Assembly (NCBI GenBank): GCA_048937405.1
Contig: JBHLNF010000014.1
Span: 9,546 to 73,545 of the forward strand
Length of the DNA stretch: 64,000 bases
Source of the DNA: Promethearchaeota archaeon
GTDB taxonomy: Archaea > Asgardarchaeota > Lokiarchaeia > Sigyniarchaeales > SOKP01
Reading direction: 5' to 3'
Part shown: in pieces, positions 20,401-28,114 of the stretch
How positions within the stretch are numbered: the stretch's first letter is position 1
Layout of the letters: the number at the start of each line of letters is the position of its first letter
The notes under the pieces: generated by a model
What the model saw: the letters and a program-made list of their open reading frames with translations, nothing else
Database searches by the model: none
Told to the model about the DNA's origin: nothing
Program-made: the position numbers and the translations under genes

Positions 20401-23400
20401 CTAAAGATTTCGGAGAAAGGGTGAAATCAATTTCAATATCCTTGTAATTTTTTAAAATGTCCTTTGCAAAAAAGAATAGAGCCTTTTTTGGACCTATTTC
20501 TAAGAACTTTCTTCCTCCTAATTGATAGATATTTATAATTTCATCTACCCATCTAACAGGTGAAGTAATTTGTTTAAGTAAAATAGACTGAATCTCACGA
20601 GGATCATTAAGATATATCTTTCCAGTTACATTACTAAATACTGGTATTATAGGAGATTTAAATTCTATTGATTTTAAAAAATCCTTCAACTTTTCTTCAG
20701 CATGAGCTACATATTTAGAGTGAAATGCATTTGAAACATTTAATTTCATGGCTCTTATTTCTTTTTCTGAGAAAGCCTTAACTACTTCCCCAACTGCAGA
20801 TAATTCTCCCGATATAACTGTTTGAGATGTAGAGTTATAGTTAGAAATTGACACATTTTTTATAGAAGTTTTATTTAATATTTTCTCAACTATTCCAGGT
20901 GATGTAAAGATCGCCGCCATAGAACATTCAACACCTGGAGGTAACTCAGACATTGCTTTTCCTCTGTTAATTACAATTTTTAGTGCATCCTCAAAATTTA
21001 ATACCCCTGCTGTAACTAAAGCAGAAAATTCACCTAAACTATGTCCACCAACAATTCCAGGAACAATACCCTTAGTTTTAAAGAGTCTTACTAAAGCAAT
21101 CTCAATTGAATAGATTGCTGGTTGAGTATACTCAGTTTGTCTTAATCTATTCGAGTTTTCTTCCTGCGATAAATTTGGTGATCCAAAAATCACTTCCAAT
21201 AAATTAAATCCTCCAAAATTCTTACATATTTCGTTTGCATTGTCAAGTGTGTCTTTAACAACTTGAAATTTTTCATATAGTTCTCTTCCCATCCCTACAT
21301 ATTGACTTCCTTGACCACTAAACAGAAAACATATATCAGATGATTGAGAGCTTTTTGAAAGATCAAGCGGTGATTTAAGATGATCATGTATAGGAGATTG
21401 AATCTTGGATTGAATATGGGCTTGCGATGTATATTCTTCGAGGATAATATGATAATTCGTCCCACCAAATCCAAATGAGGAAACACCAGCCCTTCTAACC
21501 CCCGATGAAGGAACTAACCACTCTTTTGGTTCTGTATTTACATAATATGTACTAGTACTCCAATCTATTGCTGGATTTAAAGTTGAGATATTTATTGATG
21601 GTGGAATAATTTTATTATGTAATGCTAAAACAGTCTTAATTATAGCAGCAATTCCGGCAGCACTTTTAAGATGACCAATTTGACTTTTTACTGACCCGAT
21701 TGCAAGTTTCTGATTGAGATCTCTCTCAGAAAACACTTTATTTAATACTTCCAATTCAGCAACATCTCCAACTGCCGTTGATGTTCCATGACATTCAAGA
21801 TATTGAAGGTCTGATTGATTTAAATTACTATTTTCCAATGCTCGCTGAATAGCTAATTTTTGTCCGTCAGGATTAGGTGCAGTTATCCCCTTTCCTTTTC
21901 CATCTGAAGAAGCTCCACATCCGGAGATAATTGCATAAATTTTATTTTTATCTTGAATTGCATCTTCAAGACGCTTTAAAACAATAAATCCCGCTCCTTC
22001 ACCAATAACAAATCCATTGGCACGAGCATCAAATGGATAAGATCCATCTTCAGATAATGCCCCAATCTTACAGAATTTGATGTACGTTTGAGGATCAACT
22101 GAACTATCAACACCACCAGCAAGAACTATATCATAGTCTTTTAGAAGTAAACCTTTAACTGCAGTATCAACTGCGGCCAGACTTGAGGCACACGCAGCAT
22201 CAGTTGTCATATTTTTGCCAGTTAAATTAAATACATTTGCTACTCTACCTGCTATTATGTTTGATAATTCTCCTGGCATTGTATCTTCGTTGATCACAGG
22301 AATTTGACTAATAATTTTTTCTTCAAGAAAATCTAGAAGTTTTTCTTTTTCTTCTTGATTTAGAATCATCTGAGAACTTGCCTCATTGATTCGATATTTC
22401 ACTTCATTAAAGTGAATACGTTTAGTAGTAAGACGTTGATTATCTCCCCCTAAAGAATTACCGACGATAACAGCTATAGGTAAGCGTTGTTTCCCATCAG
22501 TAGGATAACCTGCGTCAATGAGTGCCTCTTCAGCTGTAATGATTGCCCATTTTTGAACAAAATCCATTCTCTCTGCTATCTTTGGAGGAATACGATATTT
22601 TATGGATTTGAACTCAAAATTTTTTACAAATCCACCAATTTTTGTATAAGTTTTATCGATGGAAGAAGGATCTTTATCATAATAGATATCAGGATCCCAT
22701 CTATCTTTTGGAACTTCTGTTATTGAATATTTTTTATTGATAATATTATCCCAATATTGTTGAATATTCTCAGCATCTGGAAAAAGACCTCCTAAACCAA
22801 CAACGGCAATCTTATTTTCATTTGACATTTTCTTTTGTTCCTCTTTATCAAAATCTAGAGATTTTTTTTCTGAAGTTAAACATAATACTTGACTAGAAGT
22901 CTTTCTAATAAATTTAGATCCACCTTCGATTATATCATAATGTATTTGGGGGATCGTTCTAATCGATTTTTGAAAAGAAATAGAATCGCCAGTCATAAAA
23001 GCACCTTTAGTTAATTGATCTTCAGTAGAAATTGGAATAAATTGAGATGTGCCTTTTCCCTCTTCATGATTATCATTCCAAATCTCCGCCCTAGAAGCGA
23101 TTCTAAGTGCTCCTAAATTTTCTTTCTCATATAACTCTTTTCTTTGGGAAATAGAAATTCCCTGTGCTTTTCTTGATAATTCTCGTTCAATAGTTTGATG
23201 CGAAAATTCATTAGGAATAACTCTTGCTCTAGTATTTACAGTGGTGCCAATTACATGTGTGGATGAACTATTTAGTAATATTTCTTGATATTTTGGTGAT
23301 AAAGCCTTAGTTGAAACAATTTCTTCGCTTAAGAGATAAGCAGTTCCCATTTGAATACCCGGGTTAATAAGATCCAAATGATTCCCAATCATACCTGCTA

Positions 23401-24991
23401 CCATTGCAGAACTTACTTCATTAATAATTCCACCTGCGAACACAATATTTACTTTTTCTGTAAAATTCTTTTCATTCGCATCTATATATTCTAATATAGA
23501 TTCCCAAAGAATAAGGGAGGACAATATCCCAAAATGACCTCCACATTCACTACCTTCTAATATCACATAATCAAGCTTTTTTTTAATAGCCTCTTTAAAC
23601 ATGGTAAGTACAGGTGTGTGAATTAATATGATATTACCTGAATTTTTAATTTGAACACCAAGATCAATAGTTCCCGCTGCAATTAATGTGATTTTAGGAC
23701 CAAATTTCGAAATACACCTAAGATGCTCATCTCTACGCGTTTTTACAACATCTAAGCCTATGATTCCACATCCATATGGCTTTTCTGATAAAAAGTATTC
23801 ATTTGATGCTGATAAGAGTTTACTTGTTTCATCTGATAATAATCCCCCGAGAGCTAATATTGGAAGTGCTCCATTATCTGCAATTTTTTTAGCAAAATCT
23901 AATTTATCAGAGACATTCGCCATTGGACCTTGAATAATAGGATATATAATCCCTAATTTTTTAGCAAATTCAGAATTTATAGCAAAAGGCCAGTGTTCTA
24001 CACTATTTTTAATTTGATTTTTAATTATTTTAATTAAATTGTTAAGAAAATTTTCTAAGTTATGAAATTTATTTAAAATATAGTTAGCAAAACAGATTCC
24101 ATGATCACTTGATAATAAGGAGTGCTTTGGATCAGCATCAGATGGTATCTGTAAATTATCTAAAATTTTTGTAATTTCTTGAAAAAATCGATATTTAAGG
24201 GTTTGATAATCATTATTAAAGTCCTTATCTAATTTCATAAAATCTTTTTGTTCAAGTTCTTTTATTAATCGGATTGACTTATTTGCTAATTTCCCAATTA
24301 AACGATAATTATATATCGAAGTTTCCTGAATAAGATAAAAATCATTTACATCAATAGTTTTAATGTAATTCTTATATTCTTGACTTAAAGGGGATTCTGG
24401 TAGTAAGTATAACTGACTTTCTAACACAACCCCTATAGCACCACCAATGAAGGCTGTACATATAGTATAAACTCCAAATCCTCCTTGAATTATGAATGAA
24501 AGTCCTGCTTTTTGGAATTCTTGAATAAGGATGAAACTATTTTTTCTACCAACTATACCACCTGCTTCATTTCCTTTTACAAGAAATAAATCTGACCATT
24601 CTGCTTTTTCATAAGCTTCTTCTAAGTATGATACTTCAGAAAGAAGCAATTTTGAATTTTTTTGCATTAATTCAATCTCTTTAAAATTTGGAGAGAAAGC
24701 ACAAATAATAATTGGGATTACTTCTCGGAATTCTAGAGCGTTTAAGATTTCGGGAGTAGAAATTCGAATACCCCATTCATAATCGGAAGATAAGGATGAG
24801 GTCATTTTATTAACAAGGACTTGACATTGATTTAAATCAAGTCCATCCAAATCAACTAACCCAACTCCACCAACTCGACTTACTTGAACAGAAAGTAAAG
24901 GATCAGTCATCCCTTTAGGTGAAAAGCCCCAAATAGGGATAGTATTTTTCAAAATTTGTTGGATGTTCTCTTTCTTTATCATAAAAATCAA
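14453..24991 (-). CDS. Iterative type I FAS/PKS (Pfa-like) megasynthase: psiER-ER-KS-AT-KS-ACPx3-KR-DH-PPTase (likely start ATG 24982)
   Basis: Uninterrupted 3512-aa ORF with motifs PIIQGPM/ECGGH, DAACASS/HGTST/IGH, GQGSQ/GHSLG/AFHS, NAACAT/HET/TGH, 3 x LGIDTVKQAE, TGGAQGI/QIDYAFAN, HQIQQKPVFPG, GIDLE/WTAKEA. Confidence 0.95.
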   Translation of the reverse strand: MIFMIKKENIQQILKNTIPIWGFSPKGMTDPLLSVQVSRVGGVGLVDLDGLDLNQCQVLVNKMTSSLSSDYEWGIRISTPEILNALEFREVIPIIICAFSPNFKEIELMQKNSKLLLSEVSYLEEAYEKAEWSDLFLVKGNEAGGIVGRKNSFILIQEFQKAGLSFIIQGGFGVYTICTAFIGGAIGVVLESQLYLLPESPLSQEYKNYIKTIDVNDFYLIQETSIYNYRLIGKLANKSIRLIKELEQKDFMKLDKDFNNDYQTLKYRFFQEITKILDNLQIPSDADPKHSLLSSDHGICFANYILNKFHNLENFLNNLIKIIKNQIKNSVEHWPFAINSEFAKKLGIIYPIIQGPMANVSDKLDFAKKIADNGALPILALGGLLSDETSKLLSASNEYFLSEKPYGCGIIGLDVVKTRRDEHLRCISKFGPKITLIAAGTIDLGVQIKNSGNIILIHTPVLTMFKEAIKKKLDYVILEGSECGGHFGILSSLILWESILEYIDANEKNFTEKVNIVFAGGIINEVSSAMVAGMIGNHLDLINPGIQMGTAYLLSEEIVSTKALSPKYQEILLNSSSTHVIGTTVNTRARVIPNEFSHQTIERELSRKAQGISISQRKELYEKENLGALRIASRAEIWNDNHEEGKGTSQFIPISTEDQLTKGAFMTGDSISFQKSIRTIPQIHYDIIEGGSKFIRKTSSQVLCLTSEKKSLDFDKEEQKKMSNENKIAVVGLGGLFPDAENIQQYWDNIINKKYSITEVPKDRWDPDIYYDKDPSSIDKTYTKIGGFVKNFEFKSIKYRIPPKIAERMDFVQKWAIITAEEALIDAGYPTDGKQRLPIAVIVGNSLGGDNQRLTTKRIHFNEVKYRINEASSQMILNQEEKEKLLDFLEEKIISQIPVINEDTMPGELSNIIAGRVANVFNLTGKNMTTDAACASSLAAVDTAVKGLLLKDYDIVLAGGVDSSVDPQTYIKFCKIGALSEDGSYPFDARANGFVIGEGAGFIVLKRLEDAIQDKNKIYAIISGCGASSDGKGKGITAPNPDGQKLAIQRALENSNLNQSDLQYLECHGTSTAVGDVAELEVLNKVFSERDLNQKLAIGSVKSQIGHLKSAAGIAAIIKTVLALHNKIIPPSINISTLNPAIDWSTSTYYVNTEPKEWLVPSSGVRRAGVSSFGFGGTNYHIILEEYTSQAHIQSKIQSPIHDHLKSPLDLSKSSQSSDICFLFSGQGSQYVGMGRELYEKFQVVKDTLDNANEICKNFGGFNLLEVIFGSPNLSQEENSNRLRQTEYTQPAIYSIEIALVRLFKTKGIVPGIVGGHSLGEFSALVTAGVLNFEDALKIVINRGKAMSELPPGVECSMAAIFTSPGIVEKILNKTSIKNVSISNYNSTSQTVISGELSAVGEVVKAFSEKEIRAMKLNVSNAFHSKYVAHAEEKLKDFLKSIEFKSPIIPVFSNVTGKIYLNDPREIQSILLKQITSPVRWVDEIINIYQLGGRKFLEIGPKKALFFFAKDILKNYKDIEIDFTLSPKSLEEEHLLKIFKKYKSPRTMKSAKEIKISSPSVRNQKQDIVKKVTTSSTMDDNLISNEELLQIKQLPFFNEFLEEQKELLSSVIIQGFHNYLKKYQSSLENQFGKYELMQKSSPVVITGVGIGLPGKNRNVFDDKNIDDILDGKNFIEMVSEEYKLDLLKKNIIRLEKSADGNAKFVPIDDISKVIHLAGELGKFNPTEDYQLDPKMLNALDITFQLAICAGYEALKDAGIPLIRSTIKTTTGKTLFGDWTLPESLQDDTGVIFASAFPGYDNFAEECLLHSNKDQNQLNNPEDGDNTFNRSFLFRVLSMGHSQFAQLIKAKGPNTATNAACATAPQAISIAEDWIRNNRCKRVIVITADDVTSKNLFQWIGAGFIANGAGTTQSNWEDAVLPFGKGRNGIILGAGASAFVLEQQSEAENRGVKPIVEILGSFFSNSAYHGSRLDKDDISQKFNNFIIKMEKIHGINRSVLAKEGMFVSHETYSPARGGSAESELLALEKAFGENAYDMLIINTKGYTGHAMGAGIEEAVAIKSMEKGKIPPIANIEKIDPDFIKFNFSKGLRERKKYALRFAAGFGSQLAFVLFRLFSFENRFINPNYDKWLQSVGGSRKLTFMDGRILKMNVEPISTRKTTLISPKATEFSQKATSIYSSNILDEIKHIIAQKTGYDPSDIEETYDLEEDLGIDTVKQAEIFGEIREKWGIEVDDTFNIADYRTINSIVLMLNEYLGLDISSSKEITRIESKTLETKLIQIISEKTGYDIEDIDVDFDLEEDLGIDTVKQAEIFGELRNQLNISQDTEINLVGLGTINNIIQKIQEYVIDQNIEPDVSVIPDMIQSQQNINDEINQVKNLVKRIIADKTGYDIQDIDDEYDLEEDLGIDTVKQAEIFGELRNHYNLEDNIEVNLADIRTPNAIIEFIMRFIGEELKVPEISLTTSSGISKSKEKSEEVDSIGISQVVPTRVFKLVSSEKTPKFDNIKTLVININSGLSNHKNLIEDFKNFGMDIHIYNANGDKKSVEEFRNKVPDVISNKDFKIIILISPDNGQYSIDDSLDIFDILFLIFKSLNISIIEKILVLSPENMFGWEQGANPLSSSIGAFIKTINREFQIPIKIIASMNIKQITQEFLGWDKLEEIAYKDNARYTLLRKKIEDLPELNQVTITKDDVLLVTGGAQGITFACIDELTNHIKPELILLGLAPFDDSFYEYLNYSSDMLDEKKQEFVKSLKSKQDKVTPVIINKEWKKFLDKLDTLRNVENLKNKGLSVQYYAVDITNEEEMKIIFQKIKKQTKKPITIIVHGAGIEESKSFLKKNLNMAHKIVSVKVGGFSNIIKYIKLQDVKYFIAFASVAGRYGNQGQIDYAFANAYLSRLAWKFNQQNIQFLTFDWTAWGEIGMATRGSTLQVLTQAGVTPIPSKTGTKIFSKLVLNNFTGEYIIAGNLGFFEEMLDVGEVVNKLEYPMIEKINYQADHIIGLNTINSKFDTYLLDHQIQQKPVFPGVMVLETFAEFYNRIFDKPMNSISNISFHTPLKIPIDKSISVEVIFNKSDNEIKFLSKTFPPILKGKPLIKEHFSALFDKSLIEMNWKKELILEPIIPLLDKTQIYELFFHGKKFQVLKEIIQLEKEQIISKIDLPKEPLTNNIEGDMFQLNPLAIESVFQTAALFDFIINNHLSLPSKISSMKIISNQKPKYIVTEFLKIDEERSYFNSVILSENQEVILIIENLEIIHTQISVNLSNNLSNYLSTLLEYCKLKEKTQKHEVKIIPIEMIKKSFQNYPQFLDKYLTEREFDNSVRFRNQKRKIEYFSGIIAAKESYFKNSPIDISYLDIEIQKDEKGRPYYYSLKNNQIIPLFLSITHSNEFSIAIISKNLVGIDLEKIESRSQSFYMEAFTESEREDISEDDQLGTIYWTAKEAFSKAIGEGTHINFRDIELKYNKIHQNFKVKLTKSLSKFNEILEDLQLSVEFNEKYVLSYCEIKNFKENNIIT
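14480..15080 (-). other. Megasynthase domain: Sfp-type 4'-phosphopantetheinyl transferase
   Basis: KGRP, LSITHS, VGIDLE, FTESE, WTAKEAFSKAIG. Confidence 0.88.
15220..16040 (-). other. Megasynthase domain: PKS-type double-hotdog dehydratase
   Basis: LLDHQIQQKPVFPG (Hx8P), FFHGKKFQ, PLAIESVFQ (ExxxQ in place of DxxxQ). Confidence 0.8.
16060..17480 (-). other. Megasynthase domain: ketoreductase with structural subdomain
   Basis: LVTGGAQGIT, VHGAG, FASVAGRYGNQGQIDYAFAN. Confidence 0.9.
17635..18450 (-). repeat. Megasynthase domains: three tandem ACP-like repeats with Thr at the attachment site
   Basis: KTGYD...DLEEDLGIDTVKQAEIFGE three times; Thr codons at 18347-18349 (ACT), 18071-18073 (ACA), 17762-17764 (ACT). 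Confidence 0.9.
18650..20070 (-). other. Megasynthase domain: ketosynthase 2 (divergent, triad retained)
   Basis: VVITGVGIGLPG; NAACAT (Cys codon 19412-19414); SHETY; NTKGYTGHAMG; AGFGSQ. Confidence 0.85.
20400..21340 (-). other. Megasynthase domain: acyltransferase, malonyl-CoA-type signature
   Basis: FSGQGSQ, GHSLG (21032-21046), conserved Arg (NRG), NAFHS (20717-20731), EIGP. Confidence 0.9.
21430..22813 (-). other. Megasynthase domain: ketosynthase 1
   Basis: IAVVGLGGLFP; DAACASSL (Cys codon 22190-22192); HGTST; KSQIGH; GFGGTN. Confidence 0.95.
22900..23950 (-). other. Megasynthase domain: FMN-dependent FabK/PfaD-type enoyl reductase
   Basis: PIIQGPM (23921-23941), ECGGH (23534-23548), FAGGI, MGTAYL. 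Confidence 0.85.
24380..24940 (-). other. Megasynthase domain: degenerate FabK/PfaD-like enoyl-reductase barrel
   Basis: KGNEAGGIVG (His of EAGGH absent, ~24551-24568), IIQGG, GVVLESQL. Confidence 0.65.
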
Positions 24992-25003
24992 TTATATATA
25001 CTA

Positions 25004-26575
25004 TTATACTGGGGAAATCCCATGTTTTCGTTTAGGAGTCTGTTCGCGCTTATTTTCAAGGATTTTTATACTTTTAATAATTTCATCACGGGTTTCATGA
25101 GGAAAAATTACTTTGTCTACATATCCTTCTTCAGCTACTTGAAATGGATTTGCAAATTCCTTTTTATATTGTTCAGTAAAATTCCTCAATAATTCCTCTG
25201 GGTCTTCTACTTCTTTTAAGCGATTTCTGAAAAGAATTCGACATGCACCCTCAGCACCCATAACTGCAATTTGCGCTTTATCCCATGCAATATTGATATC
25301 TGAACCCAAATGTTTAGAACTCATGACAATATAAGCCCCCCCATAAGCTTTACGTAAGATCACTGTTATTTTTGCTACTGTTGCTTCTGAATACGCAAAA
25401 AGCATTTTAGCACCATGTCTGATAATTCCTGATTGCTCTTGTCTAATTCCTGGCATAAATCCTGGAACATCAACCAATGTTAAAAGAGGTATATTAAATG
25501 CGTCACAAAATCGAATAAATCTGGTCGCTTTATCTGAAGCGTCACAATCAATGGCACCACTAAGGAACATAGGTTGATTTGCAATTATACCAATAGTATG
25601 ATTATCTATCCTTCCAAAACCAACTACTATATTCTTAGCCCAATCTGAGAATAATTCTAAAAATGAATTTTGATCCACTATTACTTCAATAATTTTTATC
25701 ATATCATAAGGTTCGTCTTCATTTTCTGGAACTAATTGATTTAGTAAAGAAGGATCAGCCACTTCAATTTGTCTTAATAAATGAGGGATGTCATCAACAT
25801 TATTGGAGGGTAAATAAGATAGTAATTTCTTAGTAAATTCTAATGCTTCTTCTTCAGTATCCACAGTTGCATGACATACCCCTGATTGAGTAGAATGAAC
25901 TTTTGAACCTCCCAGTTCTGATAAAGATATATTTTCTCCCGTTACTGAATTTACTACTTGAGGTCCAGTGATAAACATAAAAGATTTATTTCCGCCCATA
26001 ATAATAAAATCTGTTAAGGCAGGAGAATAGGCGGCACCTCCTGCAGAGGTTCCTAAGATAACTGATATTTGAGGAATAATTCCTGAGGCGCAAACATTTC
26101 GATAAAATATTTCTCCTAAGCCTGCTAATGCATCAACACCTTCTTGAATCCTAGCACCCCCAGAATCAATTAGACCAATTATAGGATATCCCATTTTCAA
26201 AGCTAAATCCATAACTTTACAAATTTTTTGAGCATGAGCCTTTCCAAGAGTACCCCCTAATACAGTAAAATCTTGACTATAAATAAACACTTTTCGACCA
26301 TCTATAGTGGCATGTCCAGTTATCACACCATCCCCAAGAATTTTCTTTTTTTCCATTCCAAATTTATCATTGTGATGTTTGATGAATGAATCGATTTCTA
26401 CAAAAGAGTTATTATCAACCAAAAGCTCAATTCTCTCTCTGGCTGTTAATTTTCCCTCTTTATGTTGAGCATCAATTCGTTCTTGACCACCCCCTAATTT
26501 AGCTTTAATACGTAATTCTTGTAGTCTACTTTTGATTCCTGGAATTTTATTGGATTTATTATTCTCTAATATCAT
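25004..26575 (-). CDS. Acyl-CoA carboxylase carboxyltransferase subunit (PccB/AccD single-chain type)
   Basis: GKLTARERI, DFTVLGGTLG, DSGGARIQEG, DVPGFMPG, RKAYGGAY, KRKHG; ends 12-21 bp before the megasynthase start. Confidence 0.95.
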   Translation of the reverse strand: MILENNKSNKIPGIKSRLQELRIKAKLGGGQERIDAQHKEGKLTARERIELLVDNNSFVEIDSFIKHHNDKFGMEKKKILGDGVITGHATIDGRKVFIYSQDFTVLGGTLGKAHAQKICKVMDLALKMGYPIIGLIDSGGARIQEGVDALAGLGEIFYRNVCASGIIPQISVILGTSAGGAAYSPALTDFIIMGGNKSFMFITGPQVVNSVTGENISLSELGGSKVHSTQSGVCHATVDTEEEALEFTKKLLSYLPSNNVDDIPHLLRQIEVADPSLLNQLVPENEDEPYDMIKIIEVIVDQNSFLELFSDWAKNIVVGFGRIDNHTIGIIANQPMFLSGAIDCDASDKATRFIRFCDAFNIPLLTLVDVPGFMPGIRQEQSGIIRHGAKMLFAYSEATVAKITVILRKAYGGAYIVMSSKHLGSDINIAWDKAQIAVMGAEGACRILFRNRLKEVEDPEELLRNFTEQYKKEFANPFQVAEEGYVDKVIFPHETRDEIIKSIKILENKREQTPKRKHGISPV

Positions 26576-27254
26576 TTTAATCCATCCTTTCTTTATTTAA
26601 ACGTATATTTTTTTGAATTTTTACTTAGATATGGATCGATTTAAATAAATAAAAGAAGAAGATTAATTTCTAATATAAATATTATACCACAAAAAATACG
26701 ATGATTGATATTATTCGATGAAGCTCATTAAAACATTCACTATTCTCCCCTTATGAAGTAAAAAATTTTTATTTTTTGGTTATTCATTTTTAAATAAAAT
26801 TGATTATTAAAAAATTTATTTAATTTTAATAAAAAAATAATACAGCTCTTTTTAGCTTATTCTAAAGAATGGAAAGAAATTGAACCATAATTCAATTGAA
26901 TCGTCATTCATTCGACTTTACAATCATCGAAAAATCTCATATACTTTATAAGGGGCTATCATCAGAAGAAAATAAGATTTTATCTTATGCTTAGTTATTA
27001 TTTATCATAGATTAATCAAAATAAACTAATAAATAAGAATATGATAAATAAAAAGTAAAAGTATTAATTTTTTTTATTTATTCGGAATTAAATCATTTTT
27101 GTGAACGAAAACAATAAAAAACTCAATATTAATAGTGATTTAATTTTTTAATATATTTCCCTATAATTAGTCCTATCAAATTTATAAGTTTTTAAGTAGA
27201 ATCTCTTTTTATCTATAATAGGATATAATAATTGTTGATAAATTCTGTTCTATA

Positions 27255-28013
27255 ATGCTTTCAAAAATTAAAATTATACATATTAATAAAACCAGCTCTA
27301 CCCAAGATGCAATACTTGAGTACTTTCGAAATGATTATCACCCCTCAATATTGCTGATTGCAAAAACCCAAACTAAAGGGCGTGGAAGACAAGAAAATGA
27401 CTGGTTCTCACCAGAAGGTGGATTCTGGGGTACTTTAGGAATATCTAATTCATCATTATTAGAAAAATGGCAATTAGCTTTATTTCATTATTTTACAGCA
27501 ACCTTGCTTGTAAGGGTAATTAAAGAAGAATATAAAATATTATTACAAATTAAATGGCCTAATGATATCTTATTTGAAAATAAAAAATTAGCAGGTATTT
27601 TAATAGATTATGTTGTTAGCGCTCAAAAAAATTATGTCCTAATTGGAATTGGCTTGAATTTAAACAATTCAAGGACCACCATGCCAGAAGATTTAGAACC
27701 GATAACAATATCAATCAAAGATATATTGCATAAACCTGTATCTTTAGATAATTTTGCCCATAAGATTTGTAATTATGCTAATGAGTATTATTCTCCAATC
27801 ATAGAAAATGATGACGAACAAATTAATTATTTAATCGAAGAATATAATCGATACTCACGAATTTATGGAAAAGAAGTTATTCTTGATGATTCAAAGAAAT
27901 ACTACTGTTTTGGAATCAATAAAGAAGGATTAATGCAATTTTCAAATGAAAAAACTAAATTAAATTTATCAATTGATGATTTAACAAGGATAAAAAAGAT
28001 ACTATCCATATAA
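27255..28013 (+). CDS. birA: Biotin-protein ligase without N-terminal HTH
   Basis: STQ, QTKGRGR, WFSP, IKWPND, KLAGIL, IGIGLN. Confidence 0.92.
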   Translation: MLSKIKIIHINKTSSTQDAILEYFRNDYHPSILLIAKTQTKGRGRQENDWFSPEGGFWGTLGISNSSLLEKWQLALFHYFTATLLVRVIKEEYKILLQIKWPNDILFENKKLAGILIDYVVSAQKNYVLIGIGLNLNNSRTTMPEDLEPITISIKDILHKPVSLDNFAHKICNYANEYYSPIIENDDEQINYLIEEYNRYSRIYGKEVILDDSKKYYCFGINKEGLMQFSNEKTKLNLSIDDLTRIKKILSI

Positions 28014-28114
28014 CATCTAAATTTAATCAACATGTATCAGAAAAAGAGTAATTCTAAAAATTCATTTAATTAAATTTATCCTCAAAAATACAAATAGTTT
28101 CAAAACTATTAATA

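Noticed and set aside
14453-24991. Calling the megasynthase a classical EPA/DHA (pfaA-E) PUFA synthase
   Set aside because: No FabA-type DH pair and no KS-CLF didomain were seen, and the domain order differs; the product cannot be assigned from sequence.
5971-26575. 4-hydroxybutyryl-CoA dehydratase near acyl-CoA carboxylase genes as evidence of a 3HP/4HB carbon-fixation cycle
   Set aside because: The carboxylase subunits are interleaved with the megasynthase, which explains them. AbfD homologues also serve fermentation, and no other cycle enzymes are in the window.
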